DNA of 64,000 nt from Macrostomum hystrix (lineage: Eukaryota > Animalia > Platyhelminthes). The DNA lies in contig CATNEN010000024.1 of NCBI GenBank assembly GCA_950097015.1, positions 4,216,001-4,280,000 on the forward strand. The letters are read 5' to 3'. Below, piece by piece: positions 63,087-64,000 of the stretch; position 1 is the stretch's first letter, and every line of letters begins with the position of its first letter. The notes under the pieces are model-generated. The model did not search any database. It worked only from the letters and a program-made list of their open reading frames with translations, and was not told the origin of the DNA. A program made the position numbers and the translations under genes.

Positions 63087-63746
63087 CGCGATTTCGTATT
63101 TCTAAGGATCAGAGATATTCACAAGATTGACTAGAGCAAAATAATATGGGATCGTTGATTGACAGGTAGACGAAAACTAGAAGATTCAAAGTTTTTATGA
63201 ATCCCAGATCGAGTGTGCTTTGCGGAGGCCATACAGACAGCTCATTTTGTCAGCTCCTTATCTGAATTTCTAGAGGAGGAGAGGGGTGAGGGGTGAGGGT
63301 GTGGGCGTGTGGGTGCTGGCTTCCAATGAGCTGCTGAGGTTTCGCTGCTGAGGGTCCGGAACATTCGCCTAATCTGCCAAGCCGCTGTACGAAAGCGAAA
63401 GCCTCTTTTTATGATATAAAAGACTCGCAGGAGAATAAAAAATAGACTTAACTTCCAACTTCATTGTTTTATGACCAAAGTTAATCTACAGTCAGACAGT
63501 CGAATTGCTTTTATACTGGCAAAGGCAAAGTCAACATTTAGGCTTTTGAACTGATGAAAGCCACTTTAGATCAATTAATTCAGTGAGTTCCCCAGTAAAA
63601 TGTGATGAATTTTTAGTCCGTAGAGTACTCAGAAAACTAAAACTATACGGCTTTGAGTACCCTTCCGTACCAAGTCAGGCCACCCAATTCTACGGCACCT
63701 CACCATCTACAAAAATCACACCATGCCTTAGCATGGTGACCGTGTG

Positions 63747-64000
63747 CAGTGATGACAGGATAGTGATGACAGAGTGTAGTGATGACAGAGGGTAGTGATG
63801 ACAGAGGGTAGTGATGACAGAGGGTAGTGATGACAGAGTGTAGTGATGACAGAGTGTAGTGATGAGAGAGGGTAGTGATGACAGAGTGTAGTGATGACAG
63901 AGGGTAGTGATGACAGAGTGTTGTGATGACAGAGTGCAGTGATGACAGGATAGTGATGACAGAGTGTAGTGATGACAGAGGGTAGTGATGACAGAGGGTA
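63747..64000. repeat. 16-bp minisatellite (GTGATGACAGAGGGTA)n, truncated by the window edge
   Basis: GATGAC at 63781 and 63797. Confidence 0.94.

Overview
This is animal (metazoan) genomic DNA, not prokaryotic. It has spliceosomal introns, GC/CpG-rich exons, AT-rich spacers and about 27 minisatellite arrays, each with its own unit, covering roughly 30 kb (about 45%, hand estimate). That architecture resembles the flatworm Macrostomum lignano; this is an inference and was not checked. Five intron-containing genes could be rebuilt by hand from splice sites and reading phase. (1) The 5' part of a secreted or membrane Ig-superfamily gene, nephrin/Kirrel-like (minus strand, 18667->3955, continues off the left edge). 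(2) A 312-aa signal-peptide-bearing N-formylglutamate amidohydrolase-like enzyme (plus, 32463-36010). (3) A complete Iroquois TALE homeobox gene (plus, 39899-43363). (4) A BICD-like (BICDL1/BICDR) dynein cargo adaptor (minus, 56930->51901) whose third exon is one base out of frame. (5) An atypical rhodopsin-class GPCR (minus, 63086->60557) with a probable GC-AG intron. Also present are three copies or fragments of a tRNA-derived CORE-like SINE, a diverged ~400-bp dispersed repeat in two copies, and a 51-bp MITE-like inverted repeat. Almost all long ORFs in the supplied track are read-through of satellites. No rRNA, functional tRNA or CRISPR array was found. The best leads are the bacterial-type secreted hydrolase, the BICDL frame break, a 4.8-kb array of consensus 5' splice sites, and the in-frame satellite inside the Irx homeodomain intron. 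None of these is demonstrated to be a new system.
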